In this document: one piece after another, positions 29,430 to 39,315 of the stretch
How the letters are laid out: every line of letters begins with the position of its first letter
Numbering within the stretch: the first letter of the stretch is position 1
Assembly (NCBI GenBank): GCA_002418965.1
Contig: DIFD01000018.1
Location: forward strand, 289,834 to 353,833
Direction: 5' to 3'
Source of the DNA: Peptococcaceae bacterium UBA5757
GTDB taxonomy: Bacteria; Bacillota; Dehalobacteriia; UBA4068
Length of the DNA stretch: 64,000 nt
Translations under genes and position numbers: made by a program
Notes under the pieces: model-generated
Database searches by the model: none
Told to the model about the DNA's origin: nothing
Seen by the model: the letters and a program-made list of their open reading frames with translations, nothing else

Positions 29430-31868
29430 CTATCTTAATTTCAGCGACCATTTTTCGTCCAGGTCGCGGACGATCTCGTTAAATACCGCATTGATCTCCT
29501 CATCAGTCAATGTGCGGTCATAGGCCTGGAATGTAAGCGCATAAGCCAAAGAACGGCAACCTTCCGGAATCGGCGGTTTATCATACAGGTCAAACAACTC
29601 GACCTTTTGCAGGTAAGCTCCACCTTTAGAAAGGATGGCTTTTTGAATTTCGGCAGCCGGGACATCCTTTTTGCCGATTAAGGCAATGTCACGCGAAACA
29701 GCCGGGAATTTGGGCAAATCTTTGCATTGCGGCAAGGAAATGGCCAGATCAAACAGCGTCTGCAAATCCACTTCCAATATAACTACTTTTTGTTCGACTT
29801 CAAAACGATCCAAAACAAGCGGATGAACTTCCCCGATCAAGCCTACGGCCTTGCCGTTATTTAAGATTTCAGCCGAACGGCCCGGGTGCAAGTACGGATA
29901 ATCGGGTGCATTATTAGGTACGGCAAAATCCAATCCGCGGATATTCATAGCAGATGTGATGGCCTCAAAAATACCTTTGAGGTAAAAATAGTCCATTTCC
30001 GCTTCTCCACCTGACCAACCGAAGGAATCTTGGCCGGATAAGGCAATACACAGGCTATGCGCTTCCTGCGGTTGTTGCGCGTGAACATCTGCCACATGCG
30101 GATCCGGTAAAAAACGGGCTCCGCATTCAAAAAGGCGCAAGCTTTCGTTACGGCGGTTGAGATTGCGTGCCACCGTATGCAAAATACCGGGAATAAGGGT
30201 TGTCCGCATAATGCTTTGCTCTTCGTTGAGCGCATTGCGGATCTTCATTACTCGGCAAAGCGCATGCTCGGCCGGCAAATTCATACGGCTAAAATCATTT
30301 GGGCTGATAAAGCTGTAGTTAACAACCCCCATCAGGCCGTTTGCCATGCAGTTCTCGCGTAAAACTTCCAGCAATTTTTGTTCTCTCGTTTTGCCAATCT
30401 GTCCGGAAGAACCGGAAGGAAGCGTTAAAGGAATATTGTCGTACCCTTTAAGCCGCGCGACTTCTTCGATCAGGTCTACTTCCAATGTGATATCCTGACG
30501 GTATACCGGAACGCTGACTATAATTGTATTTTCATCTTCGCCTTGTTTTCTTTCCACGGGAAACGCCAGACTATGCATAACCGCAGCGATTTCTTCCATG
30601 GAATAGGTTGTGCCTAAAAGGTCATTGACCTTACTTTTGCGCAAGACGATTTGTTTTTCCTGTTTTTTTGTTTTGCAAACATCGATCAAACCCCTGCATA
30701 CGGTAGCGCCGCAAAGGTCGGCCAAGAGCTGGCAAGCTCGTTTCGCCGCTTGATCGCAGTTTTCCATATCCACACCTTTTTCAAAGCGTAAAGAAGCTTC
30801 CGATGGAATGCCAAAAGCACGAGCTGTATGGCGAATGCTGATAGGATTAAAATAAGCCGATTCTATGAAAATATCTTTGGTAGATTCGGAAATGCCGCTG
30901 TTGATACCACCCATAATCCCGGCGATGCAAGCAGGCTTATTGGCGTCACAAATCAAAAGTTCCTCGCCTGTAAAGACGCGTTCTTTTTCATCCAGCGTCA
31001 CCATCTTTTCTTTGACGCGGGCGCGGCGGACAACAATTTTATGTCCGGAAAGTTCATTATAATCGAAGGTATGCAAAGGCTGTCCCATTTCCAAGAGCAC
31101 AAAGTTACTGATATCCACGACATTGTTGATGGGGCGCATACCTGAGGCTAACAGGTATTGCTGCATCCAAATGGGAGAAGTTCCGATTGTGACATTTTGC
31201 ACCATCCTGCCCAGATAACGGGGGCATAAATCCGTATCTTCCACTTCGACTTCAATCATCTGGTTGATGTCGACACCTTTTTCCGCATATTGAATCAAAG
31301 GCAGTTGCACCCTCGTTTTGGTAATAGCGGCGACTTCTCTCGCTACATTAACCATGCCTAAACAATCTGAACGGTTGGGGGTCAGATCCAAAATCAGCAC
31401 AGCGTCTTTTAATTTTAGAGTTTCTACCAGATCGGCGCCAAGGGGCAAATCATCCGGCAAAACCCAAATACCTTGATGCCCTTCTTCATCCAAACCCAGT
31501 TCTTTCTGTGAGCAAAGCATTCCGGCCGATTCTATACCGGCAAGTTTTGCCAAACCTATTTTAACTCCTCCGGGGAGTTCAGAGCCGGGCAGGGCCAGTG
31601 CCACCGTCTGACCAGCCGCCACATTAGGCGCGCCGCAGACAACGGTTTGCACTCCATTGCCGCTATCTACCTGACAAACGGAAAGATGATCGCTCTTAGG
31701 GAGCTTTTCGCAACTGATGACTTTAGCAATCACAACATCTTTGATTTCATAGCCTCTATATTCCACTTCATCCACAATAATGCCCGCCATGGTCATGGCG
31801 TCGGCCAACTCCTGCGGAGGAAGCGCTACATCCACATATTCTTTCAACCAATTATATGATACTCTCAT
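29430..31868 (-). CDS. pheT: Phenylalanine--tRNA ligase beta subunit
   Basis: MRVSYNWLKEYV, VVCGAPNV, LTPNRSDCL, RPINNVVDISN, SLRFEKGVD, DLIEEVARLKGY, C-terminal FDX-ACB. Confidence 0.98.
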   Translation of the reverse strand: MRVSYNWLKEYVDVALPPQELADAMTMAGIIVDEVEYRGYEIKDVVIAKVISCEKLPKSDHLSVCQVDSGNGVQTVVCGAPNVAAGQTVALALPGSELPGGVKIGLAKLAGIESAGMLCSQKELGLDEEGHQGIWVLPDDLPLGADLVETLKLKDAVLILDLTPNRSDCLGMVNVAREVAAITKTRVQLPLIQYAEKGVDINQMIEVEVEDTDLCPRYLGRMVQNVTIGTSPIWMQQYLLASGMRPINNVVDISNFVLLEMGQPLHTFDYNELSGHKIVVRRARVKEKMVTLDEKERVFTGEELLICDANKPACIAGIMGGINSGISESTKDIFIESAYFNPISIRHTARAFGIPSEASLRFEKGVDMENCDQAAKRACQLLADLCGATVCRGLIDVCKTKKQEKQIVLRKSKVNDLLGTTYSMEEIAAVMHSLAFPVERKQGEDENTIIVSVPVYRQDITLEVDLIEEVARLKGYDNIPLTLPSGSSGQIGKTREQKLLEVLRENCMANGLMGVVNYSFISPNDFSRMNLPAEHALCRVMKIRNALNEEQSIMRTTLIPGILHTVARNLNRRNESLRLFECGARFLPDPHVADVHAQQPQEAHSLCIALSGQDSFGWSGGEAEMDYFYLKGIFEAITSAMNIRGLDFAVPNNAPDYPYLHPGRSAEILNNGKAVGLIGEVHPLVLDRFEVEQKVVILEVDLQTLFDLAISLPQCKDLPKFPAVSRDIALIGKKDVPAAEIQKAILSKGGAYLQKVELFDLYDKPPIPEGCRSLAYALTFQAYDRTLTDEEINAVFNEIVRDLDEKWSLKLR

Positions 31869-31892
31869 TCTTTTACTTTTCCCCTTTCGCAG

Positions 31893-32915
31893 TTAAAACT
31901 GAGCTAAAAAGCGGACATCGTTTTCGAACAACAAACGCATATCTTTGATGCCGTATTTTAACATGGCAATGCGTTCTATCCCCATACCGAAGGCAAATCC
32001 GCTGACTTCTTCCGGATCATAACCGGACATACGTAAAACATTGGGATGTACCATACCCGAACCCAATATCTCGATCCAGCCGGTTTGCTTACACAGACGG
32101 CAACCTTTGCCACCGCAGACAAAGCAGGAAATATCCACCTCAGCGCTGGGCTCTGTAAATGGGAAATAACTGGGACGAAGGCGTACTTCTCTCTCTTCAC
32201 CAAACATTTGCCGGGCAAAGGCCAAAAGCGTACCTTTGAGGTCTGCGAGCGTCACCTTACGGTCCAGATATAAGCCCTCCATTTGATGGAACATAGGGGA
32301 ATGCGTCGCGTCGTCGTCGCGGCGGTAAACCACACCGGGGCAAACTACCTTAACAGGTAGATTGGGCGTCATTTTTTCCATGGTACGGGCCTGAACCGGT
32401 GAAGTCTGGGTCCGAAGCAAAATGCTGTCGGAAAAATAAAAGGAATCCTGCATATCCCTTGCCGGATGATCAGGGGGCAGGTTCAGCGCTTCAAAATTAT
32501 AATAATCCGTTTCTACCTGGGGACCTTCCGCGACCTGATACCCCAAAGAAAGGAAAATTTCCTCCATTTGTTCGGTCACCTGAGTCAAAATATGCTGTGT
32601 GCCAACAGTAAATCGTCTGCCCGGAAGCGTGATATCGATTTGCTCTTCTTTTAACTGATTTGCGAGCATAGACTCATTCAAACAGGTCATTTTTTCATCG
32701 ATCAGATTTTCGATAACCTGTTTTGTTTCATTAACCGCCTGCCCCATTTTAGGACGCTCTTCAGCCGACAACTGTCCCAAAGCTTTGGATATTTGCGTCA
32801 GCTGCCCTTTTTTGCCTAAAATAGCTACTTTGATCTCTTGCAAGGCATTGTTGTCATTACAGGAATCAATCATCTTCTGCGCTTCGCTTTTCAGCGAAAG
32901 CAATTGCTCGTACAT
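31893..32915 (-). CDS. pheS: Phenylalanine--tRNA ligase alpha subunit
   Basis: [66 protein letters not shown]. Confidence 0.98.
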   Translation of the reverse strand: MYEQLLSLKSEAQKMIDSCNDNNALQEIKVAILGKKGQLTQISKALGQLSAEERPKMGQAVNETKQVIENLIDEKMTCLNESMLANQLKEEQIDITLPGRRFTVGTQHILTQVTEQMEEIFLSLGYQVAEGPQVETDYYNFEALNLPPDHPARDMQDSFYFSDSILLRTQTSPVQARTMEKMTPNLPVKVVCPGVVYRRDDDATHSPMFHQMEGLYLDRKVTLADLKGTLLAFARQMFGEEREVRLRPSYFPFTEPSAEVDISCFVCGGKGCRLCKQTGWIEILGSGMVHPNVLRMSGYDPEEVSGFAFGMGIERIAMLKYGIKDMRLLFENDVRFLAQF

Positions 32916-32932
32916 ACTTTCTCCCCCGTATC

Positions 32933-32980
32933 TTAAAATATAAAATGCCTCTTATCCCAATAGATCAGGACAAAAGGCAT
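32933..32980 (-). terminator. Leader terminator/attenuator hairpin immediately upstream of pheS
   Basis: Minus-strand RNA AUGCCUUUUGUCC-UGAUCUAUUG-GGAUAAGAGGCAU followed by UUUAUAUUUU, ending about 18 nt before the start codon. Confidence 0.7.
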
Positions 32981-33071
32981 ACCAAGACTAGAACTAATCA
33001 GCTATTATTAACAGAATGCAAACTTATCCTGTCAATATCACTAAGTACGCTTTGGTTCCCGCCCGTTATAA

Positions 33072-33164
33072 TTATTGCAGCTTCATTTTACGATAAATGA
33101 TGTAGGCAGTTACAGAACCCGTTTGCTCGAATAGATTCCAAAATAACTCGGCATGGCCCGTCAT
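33072..33164 (-). CDS. yqzL: YqzL family small protein (30 aa; below the ORF-track cutoff)
   Basis: Manual translation MTGHAELFWNLFEQTGSVTAYIIYRKMKLQ; FW..F..TGS..AY pattern of YqzL; AAAGGT RBS and promoter just upstream. Confidence 0.8.
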   Translation of the reverse strand: MTGHAELFWNLFEQTGSVTAYIIYRKMKLQ

Positions 33165-33208
33165 GAGCACCACTACCTTTCATTATCCTGCTTTTGATTT
33201 ATGGATAA

Positions 33209-33237
33209 ATTATAGCATAAAGGAACTGCAATTACAA
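33209..33237 (-). promoter_or_regulatory. SigA-type promoter for yqzL (and possibly pheST)
   Basis: TTGTAA-N17-TATAAT with TG extension. Confidence 0.7.
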
Positions 33238-33268
33238 GAAATTGGTTCACAGAATTTTCAGATAAAAT

Positions 33269-34099
33269 TTAAAATGGAAAACCTTTTTGCCGGGCTGTCT
33301 CATATAGCAAGATACCTGCCGCAATAGAAACATTTAAAGATTCGGCCCCTTTCGCCATGGGTAAAGACACGGTGACATCCGCTGCCTTTTGCCAAAAAAT
33401 GCCTGCGCCCTTTGCTTCAGAACCCAAAACCCAAGCAATGGGTATGTTTAAATTTTCTTCACTATAAATATGCTCTCCGTCAGCGGTAGCTAAAAAAACT
33501 TTCATTCTGGCTTTTTTAACCATCTGGTAAGCCCGATCATAACCAGAGACAATGATAATCGGCAAGCGCAATACGGCCCCCATAGAAGCACGTACTGTTT
33601 TGGGATTGTAGATGTCGACACTCAAACCTGCTAAAATAACGACTCCCACGCCAGCCGCATAAGCCGTACGCAAAATTGTTCCCGTATTCCCGGGGTCTTG
33701 CAGAGAATCAGCGATCAGGCAAAACCCCTTATGATATAAAGGAAAATCTTTTAGTTGATAATGTTTTTTTTCGGCAACCAAAAGAATTCCTTGCGGATGT
33801 TCTGTACAAGAAACAAAAGAAAAGATGGATTCATTAACCAAAAAGACCTGGATTCCTTTTTTTCTGCAAGCCTCAGCGCAGGCCAGACCGCGCTCATCCT
33901 CCAACAATTGCGGCGAGATCAAGCCAAAATGCAGCGGATAATTGATGGCAAGCGCCTCTTCGCAAAGACGTACGCCTTCCAGCAAAAAACGGTCGCAATC
34001 CTGTCTGCCTTTTTTATTGCGCAATCCTCTGGCCATCTTGATATATTGGTTTTCTTTAGAGGTTATAACAGGCCAACCGTTTGCAAGTTCTTTATACAT
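33269..34099 (-). CDS. TrmH/SpoU family RNA 2'-O-methyltransferase
   Basis: FLLEGVRLCEEAL, HPQGIL, LQDPGNTGTILRTA, NPKTVRASMGA, LGSEAKG, ESLNVSIAAGILLYE. Confidence 0.93.
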   Translation of the reverse strand: MYKELANGWPVITSKENQYIKMARGLRNKKGRQDCDRFLLEGVRLCEEALAINYPLHFGLISPQLLEDERGLACAEACRKKGIQVFLVNESIFSFVSCTEHPQGILLVAEKKHYQLKDFPLYHKGFCLIADSLQDPGNTGTILRTAYAAGVGVVILAGLSVDIYNPKTVRASMGAVLRLPIIIVSGYDRAYQMVKKARMKVFLATADGEHIYSEENLNIPIAWVLGSEAKGAGIFWQKAADVTVSLPMAKGAESLNVSIAAGILLYETARQKGFPF

Positions 34100-34754
34100 C
34101 TCCGTTGAATCCTTTCAAAGAAGATTCTTTACCAATGGCAATCAATAGGTCGCCTTCATGAATAACAGAGTCCGCTCCGGGTGACAAGATGATGTTGCTT
34201 TTGTCGTCTCCCTTTTTGATGGCAATGATATTGACTTTATGTTTTGCTCGTAAATTAAGGTCTCCCAATGTCTTACCAATCAAAGGTTCGGATGCCGCGA
34301 CTTCCATAATGCTGTATTCGGGCGAGATATCGATGGCATCCAGAATATTGGAATAAACCAGGTTATGTGCCACCCGCACCCCCATGGAGCGCTCGGGGAA
34401 AACAACCCGGTCAGCTCCGATGCGTTGCAATATCTTTCCATGCACATCATTAATGGCTTTGGCTACAATATATTTGATCCCCAGGTCTTTTACAAGCATG
34501 GTCGTCATGACATTACTTTCTATATCATTGCCGATGGCAATAACAGCCACATCATAATTCCGTAGCCCTAAAGATTTCAATACTTCGGGATCGGAAGCAT
34601 CCGCCTGCACACAATGGGTCGAAAAATCCATCATAGCGCTGACTTTTTCATAATCTTCATCAATCGCTAAAACATTTTTCCCCATTTCATATAATGTCTT
34701 GGCAATCGATGAACCAAAGCGCCCCAACCCGATGACCACATATTGTTTTTCCAT
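34092..34754 (-). CDS. ktrA: KtrA/TrkA family potassium-uptake RCK subunit
   Basis: VVIGLGRFG, KILQRIGADRVVFPERSMG, C-terminal RCK_C; overlaps the trmH start by 8 nt. Confidence 0.92.
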   Translation of the reverse strand: MEKQYVVIGLGRFGSSIAKTLYEMGKNVLAIDEDYEKVSAMMDFSTHCVQADASDPEVLKSLGLRNYDVAVIAIGNDIESNVMTTMLVKDLGIKYIVAKAINDVHGKILQRIGADRVVFPERSMGVRVAHNLVYSNILDAIDISPEYSIMEVAASEPLIGKTLGDLNLRAKHKVNIIAIKKGDDKSNIILSPGADSVIHEGDLLIAIGKESSLKGFNGDV

Positions 34755-34858
34755 AATAAAGCCCTCCTTAAAAAGAACTTATATGCTCGTAAATGTGCTC
34801 GCGACAGGATAGGTAGTCGGCTTATCGTATGAGCCTCGATTGATTAAAAAGCGTAAAG

Positions 34859-34888
34859 ATAAAGTTAGCCTAATATGGCTAACTTTAT
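34859..34888 (-). terminator. Hairpin/terminator after rplT
   Basis: ATAAAGTTAGCC-N6-GGCTAACTTTAT perfect 12-bp stem. Confidence 0.7.
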
Positions 34889-34908
34889 TGACAGAAGTAT
34901 TTATTGAA

Positions 34909-35265
34909 TTATTTTAGGTTGGCTTTGGCAATTTCGGCAAATTGGTTGAAAGCGGGCGCATCATTGACAGCCAATTCGGCCAAAACCTTCCGGTTGACAT
35001 CAACGTTGGCGTTTTTCAAACCGTTCATCATCCGGCTGTAAGATATCCCGTTCATTCTGGCTGCAGCATTAATTCTTGTGATCCACAATTTGCGGAAATC
35101 ACCCTTCTTCTTGCGGCGATGGGCAAAAGAATAGCATAGAGAATGCAAAACCTGTTGATTTGCGATTCTGAACAATTTGGAATTAGAAGCACGATAGCCT
35201 TTGGCCAATTTTAAAATTTTTAAATGACGGCGATGTTTGACATAGCCTCTTTTTACTCTGGTCAT
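34909..35265 (-). CDS. rplT: 50S ribosomal protein L20
   Basis: [42 protein letters not shown]. Confidence 0.98.
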   Translation of the reverse strand: MTRVKRGYVKHRRHLKILKLAKGYRASNSKLFRIANQQVLHSLCYSFAHRRKKKGDFRKLWITRINAAARMNGISYSRMMNGLKNANVDVNRKVLAELAVNDAPAFNQFAEIAKANLK

Positions 35266-35286
35266 AATGGGAACCTCTCTTTCGAC

Positions 35287-35484
35287 TTATAAATAGGGCA
35301 ATAACCTTTTGGTTTGTTTGGAATCGGCAGCGGAAACAAGAGTGCTATGACGTAAACCGCGTTTGCGATTAGCGGATTTTTTGGCCAAGATATGTCTTTT
35401 AAAAGCAGAACTGCGCTTGAGTTTCCCTGTAGCGGTAGCTTTTATGCGTTTGGCAGCACCTCTGTGCGTTTTCATTTTAGGCAT
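35287..35484 (-). CDS. rpmI: 50S ribosomal protein L35
   Basis: [13 protein letters not shown]...KRHILAKK...LLPY. Confidence 0.98.
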   Translation of the reverse strand: MPKMKTHRGAAKRIKATATGKLKRSSAFKRHILAKKSANRKRGLRHSTLVSAADSKQTKRLLPYL

Positions 35485-35515
35485 TGTTTTCCCCTCTTCT
35501 CATCAATTGTTGAAT

Positions 35516-36028
35516 TTATGAACTATGTTTCGGCGTAAAGACCACAATCATATTTTTGCCTTCGACTTTGGCTGCTTTTTCCGGAACAGCGATTTCAGCC
35601 AATCTTTCCGCCAATTTATCACAAAGCACTCTGCCAAGCTCCGGATGCGTGATTTCGCGACCGCGGAACATAATAGTCACCTTTACCTTATCACCCGCAT
35701 TCAAAAAACGCTCGGCATTTTTGGCCTTTGTTTCAAAATCGTTATCCTCAATATTAGGGCGCAATTTTACTTCTTTAACCTGGATCACTTTTTGATTCTT
35801 TTTGGCTTCTTTTTCCCTTTTTGCCTGTTCAAAGCAATATTTGCCATAATCCATCATCCGGCAAACCGGCGGAGCGGCATTGGGGGAGATTTCCACCAAA
35901 TCAAGTCCTTTTTCCATGGCATGCGCTAAGGCTTCTTTGAACGGCATGACGGACTGCTCATTGGCGTCAGACATAACCAGCCTTACTTCTGAAGCACGAA
36001 TCTCTTCATTGATTCGTAATCCCTTAAT
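35516..36028 (-). CDS. infC: Translation initiation factor IF-3 (ATT start codon)
   Basis: GGAGGTG RBS followed by in-frame ATT at 36028 (IKGLRINEEI); LDLVEISP, PPVCRMMDYGK, KVKVTIMFRGRE. Confidence 0.96.
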   Translation of the reverse strand: MKGLRINEEIRASEVRLVMSDANEQSVMPFKEALAHAMEKGLDLVEISPNAAPPVCRMMDYGKYCFEQAKREKEAKKNQKVIQVKEVKLRPNIEDNDFETKAKNAERFLNAGDKVKVTIMFRGREITHPELGRVLCDKLAERLAEIAVPEKAAKVEGKNMIVVFTPKHSS

Positions 36029-36054
36029 ATTTTCCACCTCCAAATAAAATACAC

Positions 36055-36185
36055 AAAAAACAAAAGAGCGAACAAATATGTCCGCTCCAAATCTAGCATA
36101 CTTCAAGATGCATTGCTTGAATTATGATACCTTAAAAACGAAACGCATTAAGGTGAGAAGCAGACAACTTCTACTTTTTAATTGA
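36055..36185 (-). ncRNA. Ribosomal protein L20 leader (autoregulatory attenuator of infC-rpmI-rplT)
   Basis: AAGUAGAAG...GCUUCUCACCU...AAGG core resembles the Firmicute L20 leader, followed by terminator GAGCGGAC-AUAUUU-GUUCGCUC-UUUUGUUUUUU. Confidence 0.8.
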
Positions 36186-36196
36186 TCAGCTTTTAT

Positions 36197-36225
36197 AATA
36201 TAACACAACTAAGGCCGACTGTCAA
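36197..36225 (-). promoter_or_regulatory. SigA-type promoter of the infC operon
   Basis: TTGACA-N17-TATATT with TGTG extension. Confidence 0.75.
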
Positions 36226-36226
36226 C

Positions 36227-38137
36227 TTATTTTTTATGGATAATCTCGTCCTTAAGCAAAGCGACAATTTCATCCATCGAACGAGCGCCCAAATCTCCTT
36301 CCGAGCGTTTGCGCAAAGCCGCCGTCCCCTCTTCCATTTCCTTATCGCCCAAAACCAGCATATACGGTACTTTTTCCGTCTGTGCGGCGCGGATCTTGTA
36401 ACCGATCTTTTCATTGCGGTCATCCACTTCCGCACGGATCCCTGCAGCGGTAAGTTTTTGTGCAACCTCATGGGCATAGCCGTTCTGGCGGTCCGTAATG
36501 GTTAAAATTTTCGCCTGTACCGGAGATAGCCATAATGGAAAGGCCCCAGCGTAATGCTCCGTTAAGATACCGATAAAACGCTCGATGCTGCCGAAAACGA
36601 CACGGTGAATCATGACGGGACGGTGCGGCTGGTTATCGGCGCCGGTATAGGTCAGCTCAAATTTTTCCGGCATCTGGAAATCCAACTGGATGGTCCCGCA
36701 CTGCCAGGTACGTCCAATGCTGTCTTCTAAGTGAAAGTCCAGTTTCGGCCCGTAAAAAGCACCGTCGCCTTCGTTGACCGTATAAGGCATTTCCATGGCC
36801 TCCATGGCTTCGCGCAAAACGTTGGTGGCAACTTCCCAAGTTTCCGGATCGCCCATGGCATTTTCCGGCCGTGTGGAAAGTTCCACATGATAAGAAAATC
36901 CAAAGAGTTTATAAAAGGAATCAATCAGTTTTGTGACATTGATGAGTTCGTCTTTGATCTGCTCCGGCAACATAAAGATATGAGCGTCATCCTGCGTAAA
37001 GCAACGGACACGCATCAGGCCGTGCAAAGCTCCGGAAAGCTCATGGCGGTGCACCAAACCCAGTTCCCCCATGCGGATAGGCAATTCGCGGTAACTGTGT
37101 GGCTTGCTTTTATAGACCAACATACCCCCGGGGCAGTTCATGGGTTTGACGGAATAATCCTCGCCGTCAATTTTTGTATAGTACATATTCTCCTGGTAAT
37201 GGTCCCAATGGCCGGAACGCTCCCACAAAGCGCGACTTAAGATGATCGGCGTTTTGATCTCCTGGTATCCCCATTTAATGTGCTCTTGGCGCCAGAAGTT
37301 TTCCAGCTCGTTGCGTAGGATCATGCCCTTAGGCAAAAAGAACGGGAAACCCGGGCCTTCGTCCAGGATCATAAACAGCTCCAGTTCCGCCCCCAGTTTA
37401 CGGTGGTCACGTTTTTTGGCTTCCTCCACCTTAAATAAATATGCTTCCAGCAATTCTTTACTTGGGAAAGCGGTGGCGTAAATCCGCTGCAACATCTTGT
37501 TTTTTTCACTGCCGCGCCAATACGCGCCCGCCAGGCTCATCAATTTGACCGCTTTGACATAACCCGTGGAAGGCAGATGTGGACCGGCGCAAAGGTCGAC
37601 AAAATCGCCCTGGCCGTAGATGCTGATCACAGCGTCTTCCGGTAAGTCGTTGATCAGCTCAACTTTATATGTTTCGCCCAAAGAATCAAAAAAGCGCAAG
37701 GCTTCCTCCCTGGGTAATTCTTGACGTTCGAAAGGTATGTTTTCTTTGATGATCTTCTTCATTTCGGCTTCGATTGCTTCATAATCTTCCGTAGTAAAGG
37801 TATGGCTTGAGTCAAAATCATAATAGAAGCCGTCCTTTATGGCGGGGCCGATACCAAATTTAGTATCCGAAAACAGACGTTTTACAGCCTGAGCCATGAT
37901 ATGCGAAGCACTGTGACGGTAGGCCGTTTTGCCTTCCTCATCCTCAAAAGTAAGTATTTTTAAAGCGGCGTCCTCGTTAATCGGCGCTTTTAAAGATACC
38001 TTTTTTGCGTTGACTTCGGCAATCAAAGCGGCTTTTGCCAAATCGTGGCTGATCTCTTTGGCAACTTCAATGGGCATGATACCCTGTTCAAACATTTTTT
38101 GGCTGCCATCCGGCAGACTGATATTGATCGTACTCAT
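36227..38137 (-). CDS. thrS: Threonine--tRNA ligase
   Basis: TGS domain, HSASHIMAQAV, DLCAGPH, KRDHRKLG, KPMNCPG, GLMRVRCFTQDDAHIF, WQCGTIQLDF, HRVVFGSIERF. Confidence 0.98.
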   Translation of the reverse strand: MSTINISLPDGSQKMFEQGIMPIEVAKEISHDLAKAALIAEVNAKKVSLKAPINEDAALKILTFEDEEGKTAYRHSASHIMAQAVKRLFSDTKFGIGPAIKDGFYYDFDSSHTFTTEDYEAIEAEMKKIIKENIPFERQELPREEALRFFDSLGETYKVELINDLPEDAVISIYGQGDFVDLCAGPHLPSTGYVKAVKLMSLAGAYWRGSEKNKMLQRIYATAFPSKELLEAYLFKVEEAKKRDHRKLGAELELFMILDEGPGFPFFLPKGMILRNELENFWRQEHIKWGYQEIKTPIILSRALWERSGHWDHYQENMYYTKIDGEDYSVKPMNCPGGMLVYKSKPHSYRELPIRMGELGLVHRHELSGALHGLMRVRCFTQDDAHIFMLPEQIKDELINVTKLIDSFYKLFGFSYHVELSTRPENAMGDPETWEVATNVLREAMEAMEMPYTVNEGDGAFYGPKLDFHLEDSIGRTWQCGTIQLDFQMPEKFELTYTGADNQPHRPVMIHRVVFGSIERFIGILTEHYAGAFPLWLSPVQAKILTITDRQNGYAHEVAQKLTAAGIRAEVDDRNEKIGYKIRAAQTEKVPYMLVLGDKEMEEGTAALRKRSEGDLGARSMDEIVALLKDEIIHKK

Positions 38138-38244
38138 ATTTTTTCTCCCTAAACAGATTGAAAGCGGTTTTGTTTATGATAAGCTCTTTTATACGTTTTA
38201 ACATTCGTCGGTTGAGTTTATCCAAAGTCAATTCATATTAGTTT

Positions 38245-38274
38245 ATTATAAGCCTCTTAGACCCGCTTTGTCAA
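38245..38274 (-). promoter_or_regulatory. SigA-type promoter of thrS
   Basis: Perfect TTGACA-N18-TATAAT, about 100 nt upstream of the start codon. Confidence 0.75.
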
Positions 38275-38289
38275 TTTGAGAGCAAAAAT

Positions 38290-39231
38290 TTAAGAATGGG
38301 TCAATATGTTATGGCAAATTTGGCAATCGTAACAAAAATAAATCGCATCTTTAAAAATATCTTGCAGCATATGGACAATTTTTTTAAAATTTGATGTTAT
38401 CTGAGGCTCCGTATGAATCATCAGTTTTTGAGGACTTAATAATAATAAACGCCAAATAATCAAATATTCGCTATCCTTGATTTTTCCATCTTCGATAAAA
38501 CGTAAACAAAGATTTTTGCCTTCGGCCTCTTCTGCAAAAAGATAAAATAAATCGTCCTGACTTAAAACCAGATGCAGCATCTGGTCATTCATTTGCCGGC
38601 TCGCATGGGATTTGACATAATTACGCAATAGTTCCAAGTACTGCTCATCATCATTCAAAGAAAGGACTTCTTCCGCCGCGTAAATCAAACAAGAAAGCAG
38701 GTAATGCTGATAACCGGACATGCGAAACAGAACAAACCCTGCCAAATCAAAACGATCATTGTCTTGAAAATATTCTTCTAAAGCGTCACGCAGCCTTTGA
38801 TGGCGGCTTTGGGCGCCGGTAAACAAGCCCCAAACAAAATGATCGGAATGAATCAATTCCTGGGCTTTTTTTTGAATTTGGCTAATCTGTTCAAAGCTGA
38901 ATCCCACCAGATGATACTGGCTCATCTGCCACAATAACATAGGTTCCAGACGTCCAAAGATAAAATCAGCCAATTCGGATGAAAGAATCTGGTTTAAATA
39001 TTCATTTCCTTTTTTTCGCAAGATCGTACAGATACCTAAATCTTCTTTTTCTTTCAGGGTACAGCAGATCACCTTGCCATCTTCTTTTTTTGCTGCATCC
39101 TCCCAAAAAACCACAATGGGAAGCCTTCTGTCTTTTTTTTGCAGCTGTAAAAAAAAGACATCATTCAAATAATCATCGGCCAAGATGATTTTTTTTAAGG
39201 CTTGTGTACTGTTGCTGCTTTTTTGATCCAC
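38290..39231 (-). CDS. ytxC: Putative sporulation protein YtxC (divergent)
   Basis: FDLAGFVLFRMSGY, EQYLELLRNYV and C-terminal LSPQKLMIH...IFKDAIYFCYDCQIC match the YtxC pattern; upstream of thrS as in Bacillus. Confidence 0.7.
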   Translation of the reverse strand: MDQKSSNSTQALKKIILADDYLNDVFFLQLQKKDRRLPIVVFWEDAAKKEDGKVICCTLKEKEDLGICTILRKKGNEYLNQILSSELADFIFGRLEPMLLWQMSQYHLVGFSFEQISQIQKKAQELIHSDHFVWGLFTGAQSRHQRLRDALEEYFQDNDRFDLAGFVLFRMSGYQHYLLSCLIYAAEEVLSLNDDEQYLELLRNYVKSHASRQMNDQMLHLVLSQDDLFYLFAEEAEGKNLCLRFIEDGKIKDSEYLIIWRLLLLSPQKLMIHTEPQITSNFKKIVHMLQDIFKDAIYFCYDCQICHNILTHS

Positions 39232-39315
39232 AAAGGCCTCCGGTTAAGAATATTTTTCTAAATTTAGTATATTCATCTGCTTTGCATCTATACAAAATTT
39301 AAGCGTTGACGGCAT

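Noticed and set aside
33005-33034. TTGACA suggesting a second promoter inside the pheS leader
   Set aside because: No good -10 at 16-18 nt spacing (GTTAAT/TTAATA); kept only as part of the alternative-helix observation.
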